A DNA stretch of 63,134 nucleotides, the filler included, from Actinomycetota bacterium (GTDB lineage: Bacteria; Actinomycetota; Actinomycetes; JAKEEW01): assembly GCA_046725875.1 (NCBI GenBank). It is 5 parts of 5 records of this genome, joined end to end, with 100 filler letters (N's around TTAATTAATTAA, not from the genome) between each part and the next. Parts side by side here need not be neighbours in the genome. Positions count along the whole stretch, not along the records: positions 1 to 15,741 come from JBKOZJ010000105.1; 4 more parts are not named here. One strand, written 5' to 3'. The notes under the pieces were generated by a model, which worked only from the letters and a program-made list of their open reading frames with translations, ran no database searches and was not told where the DNA came from. Position numbers and translations under genes: made by a program. Shown here piece by piece: positions 1 through 8,572 of the stretch. How positions within the stretch are numbered: position 1 is the stretch's first letter; each line of letters begins with the position of its first letter.

Positions 1-20
1 GCGCGGTAGAGCTGAGCGTC

Positions 21-268
21 GGCGCCGTTGCCCGCGCGAGGACCGCGGCCTTGGCGCCGTTGCCTCCTCAGCCTTGCCGAACCGCGGCGGCGGTGCCGAT
101 GCCTGTGCCCGCGCGGGTGCGCGGGCGCCGTTGCCTGTCCAAGGACCATGGCGTTGGCGCCGGTGCCTGCCCCTTTGCCCGGCCGAACCGCGGCAGTGGT
201 GCCGATGCCTGTGCCCACGCCGGTGCGATGGTGCAGTTGCCTGTCCAGCGACCGCTGGCGCCGTTGCC
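21..268. repeat. Degenerate array of a 12-nt motif (consensus GGYGCCGNTGCC), 8 copies
   Basis: Copies start at 21, 53, 92, 124, 156, 198, 230, 257. Block 53-155 is imperfectly duplicated as 156-256. Confidence 0.7.
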
Positions 269-359
269 CTGGAAGGAGCCGCCGTTGGCGCGGGTACCCG
301 GGCCGGACCTAGGCGTTGGCGCAAATGCGCGCAGCTTCCCGGCTGGGCACGTCAGGCGG

Positions 360-1019
360 TCAGAACAAGCGGAGGCTGGGGTCGTCGGTGCCGCGAAGGG
401 CGTCGTAGTCAAGGGCGATGCAGGCGATCCCGCGGTCCGCGGCGAGCACCTTCGCCTGTGGCTTGATCTCCTGAGCCGCGAGCACGCCGCGAACCGGGGC
501 CAGGAGTGGATTCCGATTGAGCAGCTCCAGATAGCGGGTGAGTTGTTCTACTCCCTCGATCTCGCCGCGCCGCTTCACCTCGACGGCAACCGTCACCCCA
601 TGCGCGTCCCTACAGACGATGTCAACCGGGCCGATAGCGGTCGGATACTCCCGCCGGACAAGACGCCACCCGTCTCCCAGAGTCTGGATGTGCGCGGCGA
701 GGAGCTCTTGCAGGTGCGCCTCCACCCCGTCCTTGACCAGGCCCGGGTCCGGGCCGAGATCGTGTACGTGATCCGCAAGCGTCTCTTCAATCGTGATGAC
801 CAGGCGCTCGCCCGACTTTCCCACGACGGTCAGTACGTCGTCCTCGTCACGGAGGGTGCAGGGCGGCGACATCCAGTTGAGTGGCTTATAGGACCCGCCG
901 TCGGCGTGCACGAGAACCGATCCATCCGCCTTGATGATGATCAGCCGGGTCGCCGTTGGAAGGTGCGCGGAAAGCCTGCCTTCGTAGTCAACCGAGCACC
1001 GAGCGATCACCAGCCGCAC
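360..1019 (-). CDS. nucS: Mismatch-specific endonuclease NucS/EndoMS
   Basis: [12 protein letters not shown] start, [42 protein letters not shown]: typical actinobacterial NucS. Confidence 0.96.
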   Translation of the reverse strand: MRLVIARCSVDYEGRLSAHLPTATRLIIIKADGSVLVHADGGSYKPLNWMSPPCTLRDEDDVLTVVGKSGERLVITIEETLADHVHDLGPDPGLVKDGVEAHLQELLAAHIQTLGDGWRLVRREYPTAIGPVDIVCRDAHGVTVAVEVKRRGEIEGVEQLTRYLELLNRNPLLAPVRGVLAAQEIKPQAKVLAADRGIACIALDYDALRGTDDPSLRLF

Positions 1020-1149
1020 CCGCGCAAGCGTAACCTTGCTTGCTCATCCCGTACTCCCAACCCAAGCACCCTGTCCGCGACGGCTGTGCGAGACTGGCGG
1101 CCATACTCCGGTCGGGTCAGATCGGGAGAATCCGCTGGTGGGAGAGGCG

Positions 1150-2943
1150 ATGGCGCGCGAGTTCAAAACGGTTGGCGTGGTTGGTCTCGGCACGATGGGT
1201 GCTGGCATCACCGAGGTTTTCGCCCGTCGTGGCTTCCAGGTGGTTGGCGTCGAGCAGAACGACGAGTGGATGGCCCGCGGCCGCGGGCACATCGAGCACT
1301 CGACCGACCGCGCGGTCAAACGCGGCAAGCTGACCGCCGAAGAGCAGGAGGCGATCTTCGACCGGATCACCTTCACCACCTCGCTCACCGATCTCAAGGA
1401 CACCGACCTGGTGGTCGAGGCCGTCCCCGAGCAGCTCGACCTCAAGCGGCAGATCTTCGTCGAGCTCGATGGCATCGTTCAGGAGAACGCGATCCTCGCG
1501 ACCAACACCTCGTCGCTGTCGGTGACGGAGATCTCGGTTGCGACTCAGCACCCGTCCCGGGTGGTCGGTATGCACTTCTTCAACCCGGCGCCGGTGCTCA
1601 AGCTCGTCGAAGTGGTCCGAACCGTGGTCACCGATCCGGAGGTGGTCGCCGACATTGCGGAGCTCGCCCGCCGGCTCGGCAAGACTCCGGTTGTAATCGG
1701 CGACAAGGCCGGCTTCATCGCGAACAAACTGCTCTTCGGTTACTTGAACCATGCCGTCTCGATGTTCGAGGCGCATTACGCGAGTCGAGAGGACATCGAC
1801 GCGGCGATGAAGCTCGGCTGCGGCCTGCCCATGGGGCCGCTCGCGCTGCTCGACCTGATCGGCCTGGACACCGCGTACGAGATCCTCGACACGATGTACC
1901 GCCAGTCCCGGGACCGGCTGCATGCGCCAGCGCCGATCCTTAAGCAGATGATGACCGCCGGGCTGCGCGGGCGGAAGACCGGTCGCGGGTTCTACACATA
2001 CGAGGCGGCGGACTCGCCGGCCGTTGTCCCCGACGCGCTGACCACGCAAGCTGAGCACGCGTACGCGGATCCGGCCGGCGTGCGAGACGTCCAGAAGGTC
2101 GGCATTGTCGGCTCCGGGATCATGGCAACCGGGATCATCGAGGTCTTCGCCCGGTCTAGCTTCGATGTGTTGTATGTGACCCGCGGCACCGAAAAGATTG
2201 CCCGCGTGCGAGCAGCCGTGGAGCGATCGCTGGACAAGGCCGTTCTGCGCGGCAAGCTCGAGAAGTCCGATCGCGACGCTGCCCTCGCCCGCGTTACCGG
2301 CTCGGCCTCCCTCGACGACCTTGCCGAATGCGACCTGATCATCGAGGCGGTCGTGGAAGAGCTTTCGGTGAAGGAGACGCTCTTCGCCACCTTCGATGAG
2401 ATCTCCAAGCCGGGCGCGCTTCTCGCGACCACGACCTCCAGCCTGCCGGTCGTGGATCTGGCCATGGCCACATCCCGACCGGCCGACGTCGTTGGGATGC
2501 ATTTCTTCAACCCGGCGCCCGCCATGAAGCTGGTCGAGGTGGTACGGACGGTGGCGAGCGCCGACGACGCCGTGGTGACGGCGGTGGCCGTATGCCGGCG
2601 GCTGGGCAAGCATCCGGTTGTATGCGGCGATCGAGCGGGATTCGTGGTGAACGCGCTGCTGTTCCCCTACCTCAACGACGCCGTAAAGATGCTCGAAGCC
2701 AACTACGCCACTGCCGACGACATCGACAACGCCATGAAGGTTGGCTGCGGCTATCCGATGGGGCCGTTCGAGCTGCTAGATGTGATCGGCTTGGACGTCG
2801 CGCTCGCAATCCAGCGTACGCTGTATGAGGAGTTCCGAGAGCCCGGCTTCGCGCCGGCGCCGCTGCTTGAGCACCTCGTGACCGCCGGCTACCTCGGCCG
2901 GAAGGCCGGCCGCGGCTTCCGCGACTACAGCACCCGGTCCTGA
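1150..2943 (+). CDS. 3-hydroxyacyl-CoA (3-hydroxybutyryl-CoA) dehydrogenase, two tandem modules
   Basis: Two Rossmann motifs (GLGTMG, GSGIMA), two GMHFFNPAP motifs, two PMGP motifs. GGAGAGG RBS before ATG 1150. Confidence 0.92.
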   Translation: MAREFKTVGVVGLGTMGAGITEVFARRGFQVVGVEQNDEWMARGRGHIEHSTDRAVKRGKLTAEEQEAIFDRITFTTSLTDLKDTDLVVEAVPEQLDLKRQIFVELDGIVQENAILATNTSSLSVTEISVATQHPSRVVGMHFFNPAPVLKLVEVVRTVVTDPEVVADIAELARRLGKTPVVIGDKAGFIANKLLFGYLNHAVSMFEAHYASREDIDAAMKLGCGLPMGPLALLDLIGLDTAYEILDTMYRQSRDRLHAPAPILKQMMTAGLRGRKTGRGFYTYEAADSPAVVPDALTTQAEHAYADPAGVRDVQKVGIVGSGIMATGIIEVFARSSFDVLYVTRGTEKIARVRAAVERSLDKAVLRGKLEKSDRDAALARVTGSASLDDLAECDLIIEAVVEELSVKETLFATFDEISKPGALLATTTSSLPVVDLAMATSRPADVVGMHFFNPAPAMKLVEVVRTVASADDAVVTAVAVCRRLGKHPVVCGDRAGFVVNALLFPYLNDAVKMLEANYATADDIDNAMKVGCGYPMGPFELLDVIGLDVALAIQRTLYEEFREPGFAPAPLLEHLVTAGYLGRKAGRGFRDYSTRS

Positions 2944-3193
2944 CCGCCGCCTGCGAGTTCATGCTGCTCGCCGGTGCTTGGCTGGGACCAACCAGCGCTG
3001 CTCGGCCACGACCGCTTGGCTCGCTGCGTCAGCCCGATCGGTGGCCGGCCCTGGTCTGCCGGCTCGCATCGTGAGATCAGCTGTGTAAACGACTCGCGAA
3101 CTCGCAGGTGGGCGCCTTAGCGCCAGGCGTGTAGCTGGTCAATCGCGGGCATAGGCACTGATACTCGACTGAGACACAGGGCGGGAGTGATCG

Positions 3194-3868
3194 ATGCCGG
3201 GAGCCGGGCCGATACGCAGTCTGGCCGCGCTCAGCGCAGCCATGATCGTTGGCCTGGCCGCGTGTGGCTCGCCCGGCTACCACTACGTCAAGAACTCTGC
3301 CGAGCAGCTCTACTTCAAAGTGCCCTCGTCCTGGAAAAAAGTGAACCCCGCCGAGCTCGAGAACGAAGTCTCGTCCACTGATCCGGACTCAGCGTCCCGT
3401 CAGGTCGAACGTGACCTGCGGTGGTTCATCGCGTACGACGCGTCGGACAAACCAGAGGCGGGGCATATCTTCGCGCCGACCTCCGACCAGCCGATCGCCT
3501 ATGCGAATGTGCAGATCTTGCCGGAGTCGATTCGGGGCGGCGTGTCTTACGACGTCCTGCGGGACATGATCCTCCCGGTCACCGACGATGCTCGGGAGAA
3601 TGCGACGCAGGCGGGCATCCCGCTCGAGGGCTTCGAGCTGCTGCGCGACGAGGTCCTGACGCCTGGGAAGGTTCACGGAGTCCGCGTCACCTATAACTAC
3701 AAAATCTTGGGCGGTCCCCTGCAGACCTTCGACCTCACTGCTTACACCACTGACGACGCCAGCCGGATCTACATGCTGCTGGTCCGCTGCTCCGCGAAGT
3801 GTTATCAGGACCGGTCCGGCGAGCTCGGCGAGATCGTCGAGTCATTCACAGTAAAGGGTGCCAAATGA
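3194..3868 (+). CDS. Hypothetical lipoprotein
   Basis: Signal peptide with lipobox LAAC. Stop overlaps the next start (ATGA). Confidence 0.75.
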   Translation: MPGAGPIRSLAALSAAMIVGLAACGSPGYHYVKNSAEQLYFKVPSSWKKVNPAELENEVSSTDPDSASRQVERDLRWFIAYDASDKPEAGHIFAPTSDQPIAYANVQILPESIRGGVSYDVLRDMILPVTDDARENATQAGIPLEGFELLRDEVLTPGKVHGVRVTYNYKILGGPLQTFDLTAYTTDDASRIYMLLVRCSAKCYQDRSGELGEIVESFTVKGAK

Positions 3869-6258
3869 CAGAGATCGTGCCGCACGGCAGGGAGACTTCC
3901 GCGGTGAAGGCACCAGCTGCGGAAGAGCGGACCGGCCGGCGTAAGCCCCTCAGACTGTGGGATCGGACCAGGTTCCTGCTCCTGTTTGCAGTGATATTCG
4001 TATTCCTGGCCGCCACGGAGCTGGAGAACCCGCTCGTCTCGGTCGCGGACGCGTTCCGGATGACGCTGGAGACGCGGTGGTGGTTGCTCGTACTCGCGGG
4101 CGTTGAGGTCGTGCGCCAGGTGCACTTCCTCATCAGTGAGCACTGGGCCGCCTACAACCGGTTCTGGGTCGACAAGTTCTTCGGAGGGATTGACCGGCTA
4201 ACCCACCGGCGGTTCTCCGACTGGACCAGATTCCGGATGGCTCGCATCTTCAAGTGGCTCTTCCTGATCACCCTGTTGTCGATCGTCCTCGCCGCGGCCT
4301 GGGACACCACCCCTGTGCAAGCACTGGTCAGGCTGCCGTCCCAGATGTGGGGGCTGTTGCCGTTCGCGTTCCAGATCGTCTTCCTCTTCTTCTTCATCGC
4401 GATCCAATTCATCGGCATGTTCTGGCTGTTGACCCGTGGAGGCGTCGAGGTCTACATGCCCGATGACATCAAGACGCGGTTCTCCGACGTCTGGGGTCAG
4501 GACCACGTGCTGGAACGGGTCAAGGAAAATATGGTCTTCCTCGAAAACCCGGAGGCAATCGAGAAGAAGGGCGGCTACGTTCCCGGCGGCATCCTGCTGT
4601 GGGGCCCGCCCGGCACGGGCAAGACACTGATGGCGGAGGCGGTGGCCGGCGAGACCGGCAAACCCTATGTCTTCGTCGATCCCGGCGCCTTCGTCAACAT
4701 GTTCATGGGCATTGGCATCTTGCGCGTCAAGCTGCTGTTCCGCAAGCTGCGCAAGCTGTCCCTTCGCTACGGCGGAGTGATCGCCTTCTTCGATGAGGCG
4801 GACTCACTGGGCAATCGCGGCGCCGGTATCGGGCAGATCGGCCGGCAGGGTACGTTCACAGCTGGCGGGATAAATGCTGCCGGCCCGTTGGGCTCTTGCC
4901 ACGGATTCGCATACCTTTCCCCGCACACCCAGGCGTCGCTGTTCTCCTCGATGCTTTCGATCGGTGCCGGGCAAGTGACCGGCACGCGCCAGGGCTTCTT
5001 CATGGGCGGCATGGCGGGCGGCAACGGAGGGATGGGCACGCTGCAAGCTCTGCTCACCGAGCTGTCCGGGCTCAAGAAGCCGCGCGGCTTCATCAACCGC
5101 CATGTGCGCCGCATTCTCGGCATGCGGCCGAAGCCGCCGCCGAAGTACCGGATCCTCGTCATGATGGCCACCAACATGGTGGGAGCGCTCGACGAGGCGC
5201 TGCTCAGGCCCGGCCGGATCGACCGGATCTACCACGTCGGCTATCCGTCAAAGGATGGACGCAAGCGAACGTACGAGGGCTACTTCTCGAAGGTCGCCCA
5301 CGAACTCACGGACGAGCAGATGGATCGCCTCGCGACCATCACGCCGTACGCCACGGGTGCGTCGATCAAAGACCTCGTCAACGAGTCCCTGATCGTTGCG
5401 ATGCGGGACGGTCGAGGTGTCATCACCTTCAACGACGTGATGCGCGCGAAGCTGCTGAAGAGCGTCGGTCCGCCCGAAGGCGTCGACTATGTGGAGCGCG
5501 AACGGCACGCCGTCGCCGTCCACGAGGCGTGCCACGCGGTGGTCGGCTATCGGGTCCGACGCAGGCTCGCCATCGATACCGCCACCATTCAGAAGAGCGA
5601 AGGCGTGCTTGGCTTCGTACAGTCGATCCCGATCGAGGAGCGGTTCGGCGAATGGCGTTCGGACTACGAGGCCGACATCATGAGCAGCGTTGCCTCGCTC
5701 GTCGGCGAGCGGATGTTCTTCGGCGGCGACAACTCCGATGGCGTCTCCGGTGACCTGCGCAGTGCGACACACGTCGCGCTCGCGATGGAGGGTCTGTTCG
5801 GAATGGGATCATCCTTCGGCTCGCATGCCGCCATCCTCACCCAGGCCCAGGGCATGCCGATCGTCGACGGCACGGACCGTCGCGTGCTCGAGTCCGCGCT
5901 TGGCCGTCGGGCTGAGCAGCTGCTGGCCGGCCTGGCCGAGGGGACGGAAAAGGTCCTCGCCGAGAACCGGCGCCACGTCCTTGCCGTTGCCCATGCCCTC
6001 GAGGCTCACCGGACGCTGTCCGGGGACGATGTTGTCGCGGTGATCGAGGGCACCCAAGGGCCGCTGGTGGACGGTCGCGCCTACTCATTGCGCGAGTCGA
6101 TCCAGGCACTCGAGCGCTATCACGAGGTCGCCGTCGAGGCACATCGCGGACACCGCTCCATGCTGCCGCTGCCGGTGATCTCGCTCGAGTCGCATTACCG
6201 CGAGCTGGAGGCCGCCGGTCAGATGTCCGCGATGAGCCAACAGGAGCCGACCAGCTAG
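3865..6258 (+). CDS. FtsH-like membrane AAA+ ATPase with M41 metalloprotease domain
   Basis: N-terminal TM helices, Walker A GPPGTGKT, Walker B FFDEAD, SRH ALLRPGRIDR, HEACH zinc motif, GVSGDL. Confidence 0.88.
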   Translation: MTEIVPHGRETSAVKAPAAEERTGRRKPLRLWDRTRFLLLFAVIFVFLAATELENPLVSVADAFRMTLETRWWLLVLAGVEVVRQVHFLISEHWAAYNRFWVDKFFGGIDRLTHRRFSDWTRFRMARIFKWLFLITLLSIVLAAAWDTTPVQALVRLPSQMWGLLPFAFQIVFLFFFIAIQFIGMFWLLTRGGVEVYMPDDIKTRFSDVWGQDHVLERVKENMVFLENPEAIEKKGGYVPGGILLWGPPGTGKTLMAEAVAGETGKPYVFVDPGAFVNMFMGIGILRVKLLFRKLRKLSLRYGGVIAFFDEADSLGNRGAGIGQIGRQGTFTAGGINAAGPLGSCHGFAYLSPHTQASLFSSMLSIGAGQVTGTRQGFFMGGMAGGNGGMGTLQALLTELSGLKKPRGFINRHVRRILGMRPKPPPKYRILVMMATNMVGALDEALLRPGRIDRIYHVGYPSKDGRKRTYEGYFSKVAHELTDEQMDRLATITPYATGASIKDLVNESLIVAMRDGRGVITFNDVMRAKLLKSVGPPEGVDYVERERHAVAVHEACHAVVGYRVRRRLAIDTATIQKSEGVLGFVQSIPIEERFGEWRSDYEADIMSSVASLVGERMFFGGDNSDGVSGDLRSATHVALAMEGLFGMGSSFGSHAAILTQAQGMPIVDGTDRRVLESALGRRAEQLLAGLAEGTEKVLAENRRHVLAVAHALEAHRTLSGDDVVAVIEGTQGPLVDGRAYSLRESIQALERYHEVAVEAHRGHRSMLPLPVISLESHYRELEAAGQMSAMSQQEPTS

Positions 6259-6327
6259 CCAGTCTCCGGGCGGCCAAGGTCGCTCAGTGCAAATGCGAGG
6301 CGCGAGCCGCGGCTAGTGTCAAAGGCG

Positions 6328-7086
6328 ATGACCGAGATACGCGCCACGATGATCCTGCCGGCCCGCCGGGAGCCGCTGACCTTGCACACCGCCGACGGCC
6401 TGAGCCTCGTCGGCGAGCTCGCGACGCCGGTGGACCGGCCGCCGATCGCGACGCTGGTCACGCTGCATCCGCTGCCGACCCACGGTGGCATGATGGACAG
6501 CCACATCTTGCGTAAGGCGGCTTGGCGGCTTCCCGCCCTGGCCGGACTCGCGGTGCTGCGCTTCAACACCCGCGGTACCGAGTCGGCCGCCGGCCGCAGC
6601 GAAGGCGAGTTCGAGTCGGCGGTGGGGGAGCGCTTCGACGTCGCGGCTGCGATCGAGTACGCCGAGTACGACGACCTCCCGCACCGCTGGCTGGTGGGCT
6701 GGTCGTTCGGAACCGACCTCGCCTTGATGTACGGCGCCGACCCGGCGATCGAGGGAGCGGTCCTCTTGTCTCCGCCCTTGCGGCAGGCTCGCGACGAGGA
6801 CCTGGATGCCTGGGCGGAGTCCGGTAAGCCGATGCTGGTCCTCGTACCTGAGTTCGACGACTACCTGCGGCCACCGGAGGCGAAGGAGCGCTTCGCCCGC
6901 ATACCTCAAGCCGAGGTCATCGGCGTCGACGGCGCGAAGCATCTCTGGGTGGGCGAGCCGTACGTCCGGCGGGTCCTCGATGAGATCGTTGCCCGGGTGG
7001 CACCGCTGGTGCCGACGCCGCTCCCCACGACGTGGTCAGGCGAGTACGAGATCTGGAGCGATCTCCCCGCCATCGGCACAGGGTAA
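6328..7086 (+). CDS. Alpha/beta hydrolase
   Basis: HPLPTHGG, RFNTRG, nucleophile elbow GWSFG, C-terminal His (AKHLW). Confidence 0.85.
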   Translation: MTEIRATMILPARREPLTLHTADGLSLVGELATPVDRPPIATLVTLHPLPTHGGMMDSHILRKAAWRLPALAGLAVLRFNTRGTESAAGRSEGEFESAVGERFDVAAAIEYAEYDDLPHRWLVGWSFGTDLALMYGADPAIEGAVLLSPPLRQARDEDLDAWAESGKPMLVLVPEFDDYLRPPEAKERFARIPQAEVIGVDGAKHLWVGEPYVRRVLDEIVARVAPLVPTPLPTTWSGEYEIWSDLPAIGTG

Positions 7087-7312
7087 GCCGCGACATCCCA
7101 AAAAGGCGGGCACGCGGCGCGGCGACCGCGTAGTTCGGCAATCCAAGGAACGATGGACTGTCAGCCCGAGCAGGAAGCGTATCTCTCGAGCCTTCAGTCC
7201 ATCGATCCTCGAGTTGACGGCCTGTTCATGGCATCGACGGTCTACGACTAGACGCTCGCTCGCGGAAGGCCTCCATGCAAAGGGTGAGGCCTCACGCCGC
7301 GCTTGCGTGGGA

Positions 7313-8344
7313 TCAGCCTTGCGGAGCACCGGCCGGCTTGGCCGGCTGCTGTGGTGGAACGCTGGCCTTCGGCGTCTCGTCCTTGGGTTGAGCGGCGCCA
7401 CCCGGCTGGACGCCCGCCGGCTTGGCGGCGACGGCAGCGACACTCTGGACCGCGGCTCCGGTAAGCGTGGCCAGCATCTCTCGCACGTTGGAGAGCTGTG
7501 CGTTGATGCTGTCTCGCCGGTGAGTGAGTGCGGCGAGCTCGCGTTCGGCCTCCAGCCGGGACCGCTCGGCCTTGGCGCGGGCCTCCGCGACGATGTCCTC
7601 CGCTTCGCGCTGGGCCGTCTCGAGAAGCTGCCGGGATCGCCGCTCGGCTTCGTCCCGCAGCTTCTGCGCCTCGAGGCGGAGCTGCTCGGCCTGCTCGCTC
7701 GTTTCGCGGAGGTGCCGCTCGGCCGCGTCTTGCCGTACTGAAAGGTCACGCTCGGCCTGCTCGCGCCGCCTGGCGAGGCTCGCCTCGAACTCCGCGGCGG
7801 CCTGGGCGGCCTTCGCCCGCGCAGCCTCCAAGATCCCCTCGGCCTCGTCGCGCTTCGCCGCTGCCTCGTTCGCCGCCTCGGAGCGGACGACGGCGGCTTC
7901 CTTGCGGGCCTCCTCGAGAACCTTCGCGGCGTCATGCCGGGCCTGCTCGCGGCGGGCTCGGCCGTCCTCCTCGGCCTGGGCGCGCATCTGCGCGGCGAGG
8001 CCTTCGGCGGCCTTGCGGTCTTTGTCGGCGGCGGCGACGGCCTCGGCGCGGACGTCTTTGGCCTCCTCTTCGACCAGCCGCAGGATCTTCTCGATCCTGG
8101 CGCCCACCCCGGCGAGGGTCGGCTCGGCCTCGCTGCTCTGCCGCTGCGCGTTCTGCAGCTCGAAATGAAGTTCTTCGACGCGGCGTTCGAGAGCGCCGAT
8201 TCGCTGTGCAGCGGCCTGGCGCTCGGCGGTGACTCGGGTCAAGTGTTCGTCGACCTGCTTGCGTTCGTAACCGCGCAGGACGATGTCGAAGTTTGATCCG
8301 GTCTCGTCGATTGCAGTCGATTCTGATGTGCGGGCGTCAGTCAT
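7313..8344 (-). CDS. filP: FilP/AbpS-like intermediate-filament-like coiled-coil protein
   Basis: FDIVLRGYERKQVD head, GARIEKILRL, C-terminal RRDSINAQLSNVREMLATLTG as in Streptomyces FilP. Lies downstream of a scy-like gene. Start may be 8353. Confidence 0.8.
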   Translation of the reverse strand: MTDARTSESTAIDETGSNFDIVLRGYERKQVDEHLTRVTAERQAAAQRIGALERRVEELHFELQNAQRQSSEAEPTLAGVGARIEKILRLVEEEAKDVRAEAVAAADKDRKAAEGLAAQMRAQAEEDGRARREQARHDAAKVLEEARKEAAVVRSEAANEAAAKRDEAEGILEAARAKAAQAAAEFEASLARRREQAERDLSVRQDAAERHLRETSEQAEQLRLEAQKLRDEAERRSRQLLETAQREAEDIVAEARAKAERSRLEAERELAALTHRRDSINAQLSNVREMLATLTGAAVQSVAAVAAKPAGVQPGGAAQPKDETPKASVPPQQPAKPAGAPQG

Positions 8345-8572
8345 GCGGGACATAGTTCCAGAGCTCCGGCGTGTGTGCGACCCGAACGGCAAACCGGGCC
8401 GTCGGGGATGGACGGGGTCGATGGGCCTGCTCGGCCCAACTGGCCAGGGGGCGGTCGTGAGCGGGTCGATCGAGGCCCGAGCGGCCGCTGACGGGTGGGG
8501 CTGGTCGTGGCCAATCGCGAGCCAGCGGCGGGATGCGGCAGCCGCCGCTGCCGACTAATGCGCGTACGGGGG

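Noticed and set aside
21..268. Possible CRISPR array
   Set aside because: The repeat is only 12 nt and degenerate, the spacers resemble each other, and no cas genes are present.
360..1019. NucS as a novel defence nuclease
   Set aside because: It is the standard actinobacterial mismatch-repair enzyme in its usual neighbourhood.
51..1943. 630-aa plus-strand ORF and other long alternative ORFs (e.g. 8495-9736, 11228-12703, 57918-59660)
   Set aside because: Shadow or antisense frames of well-supported genes, expected at high GC; no recognisable motifs.
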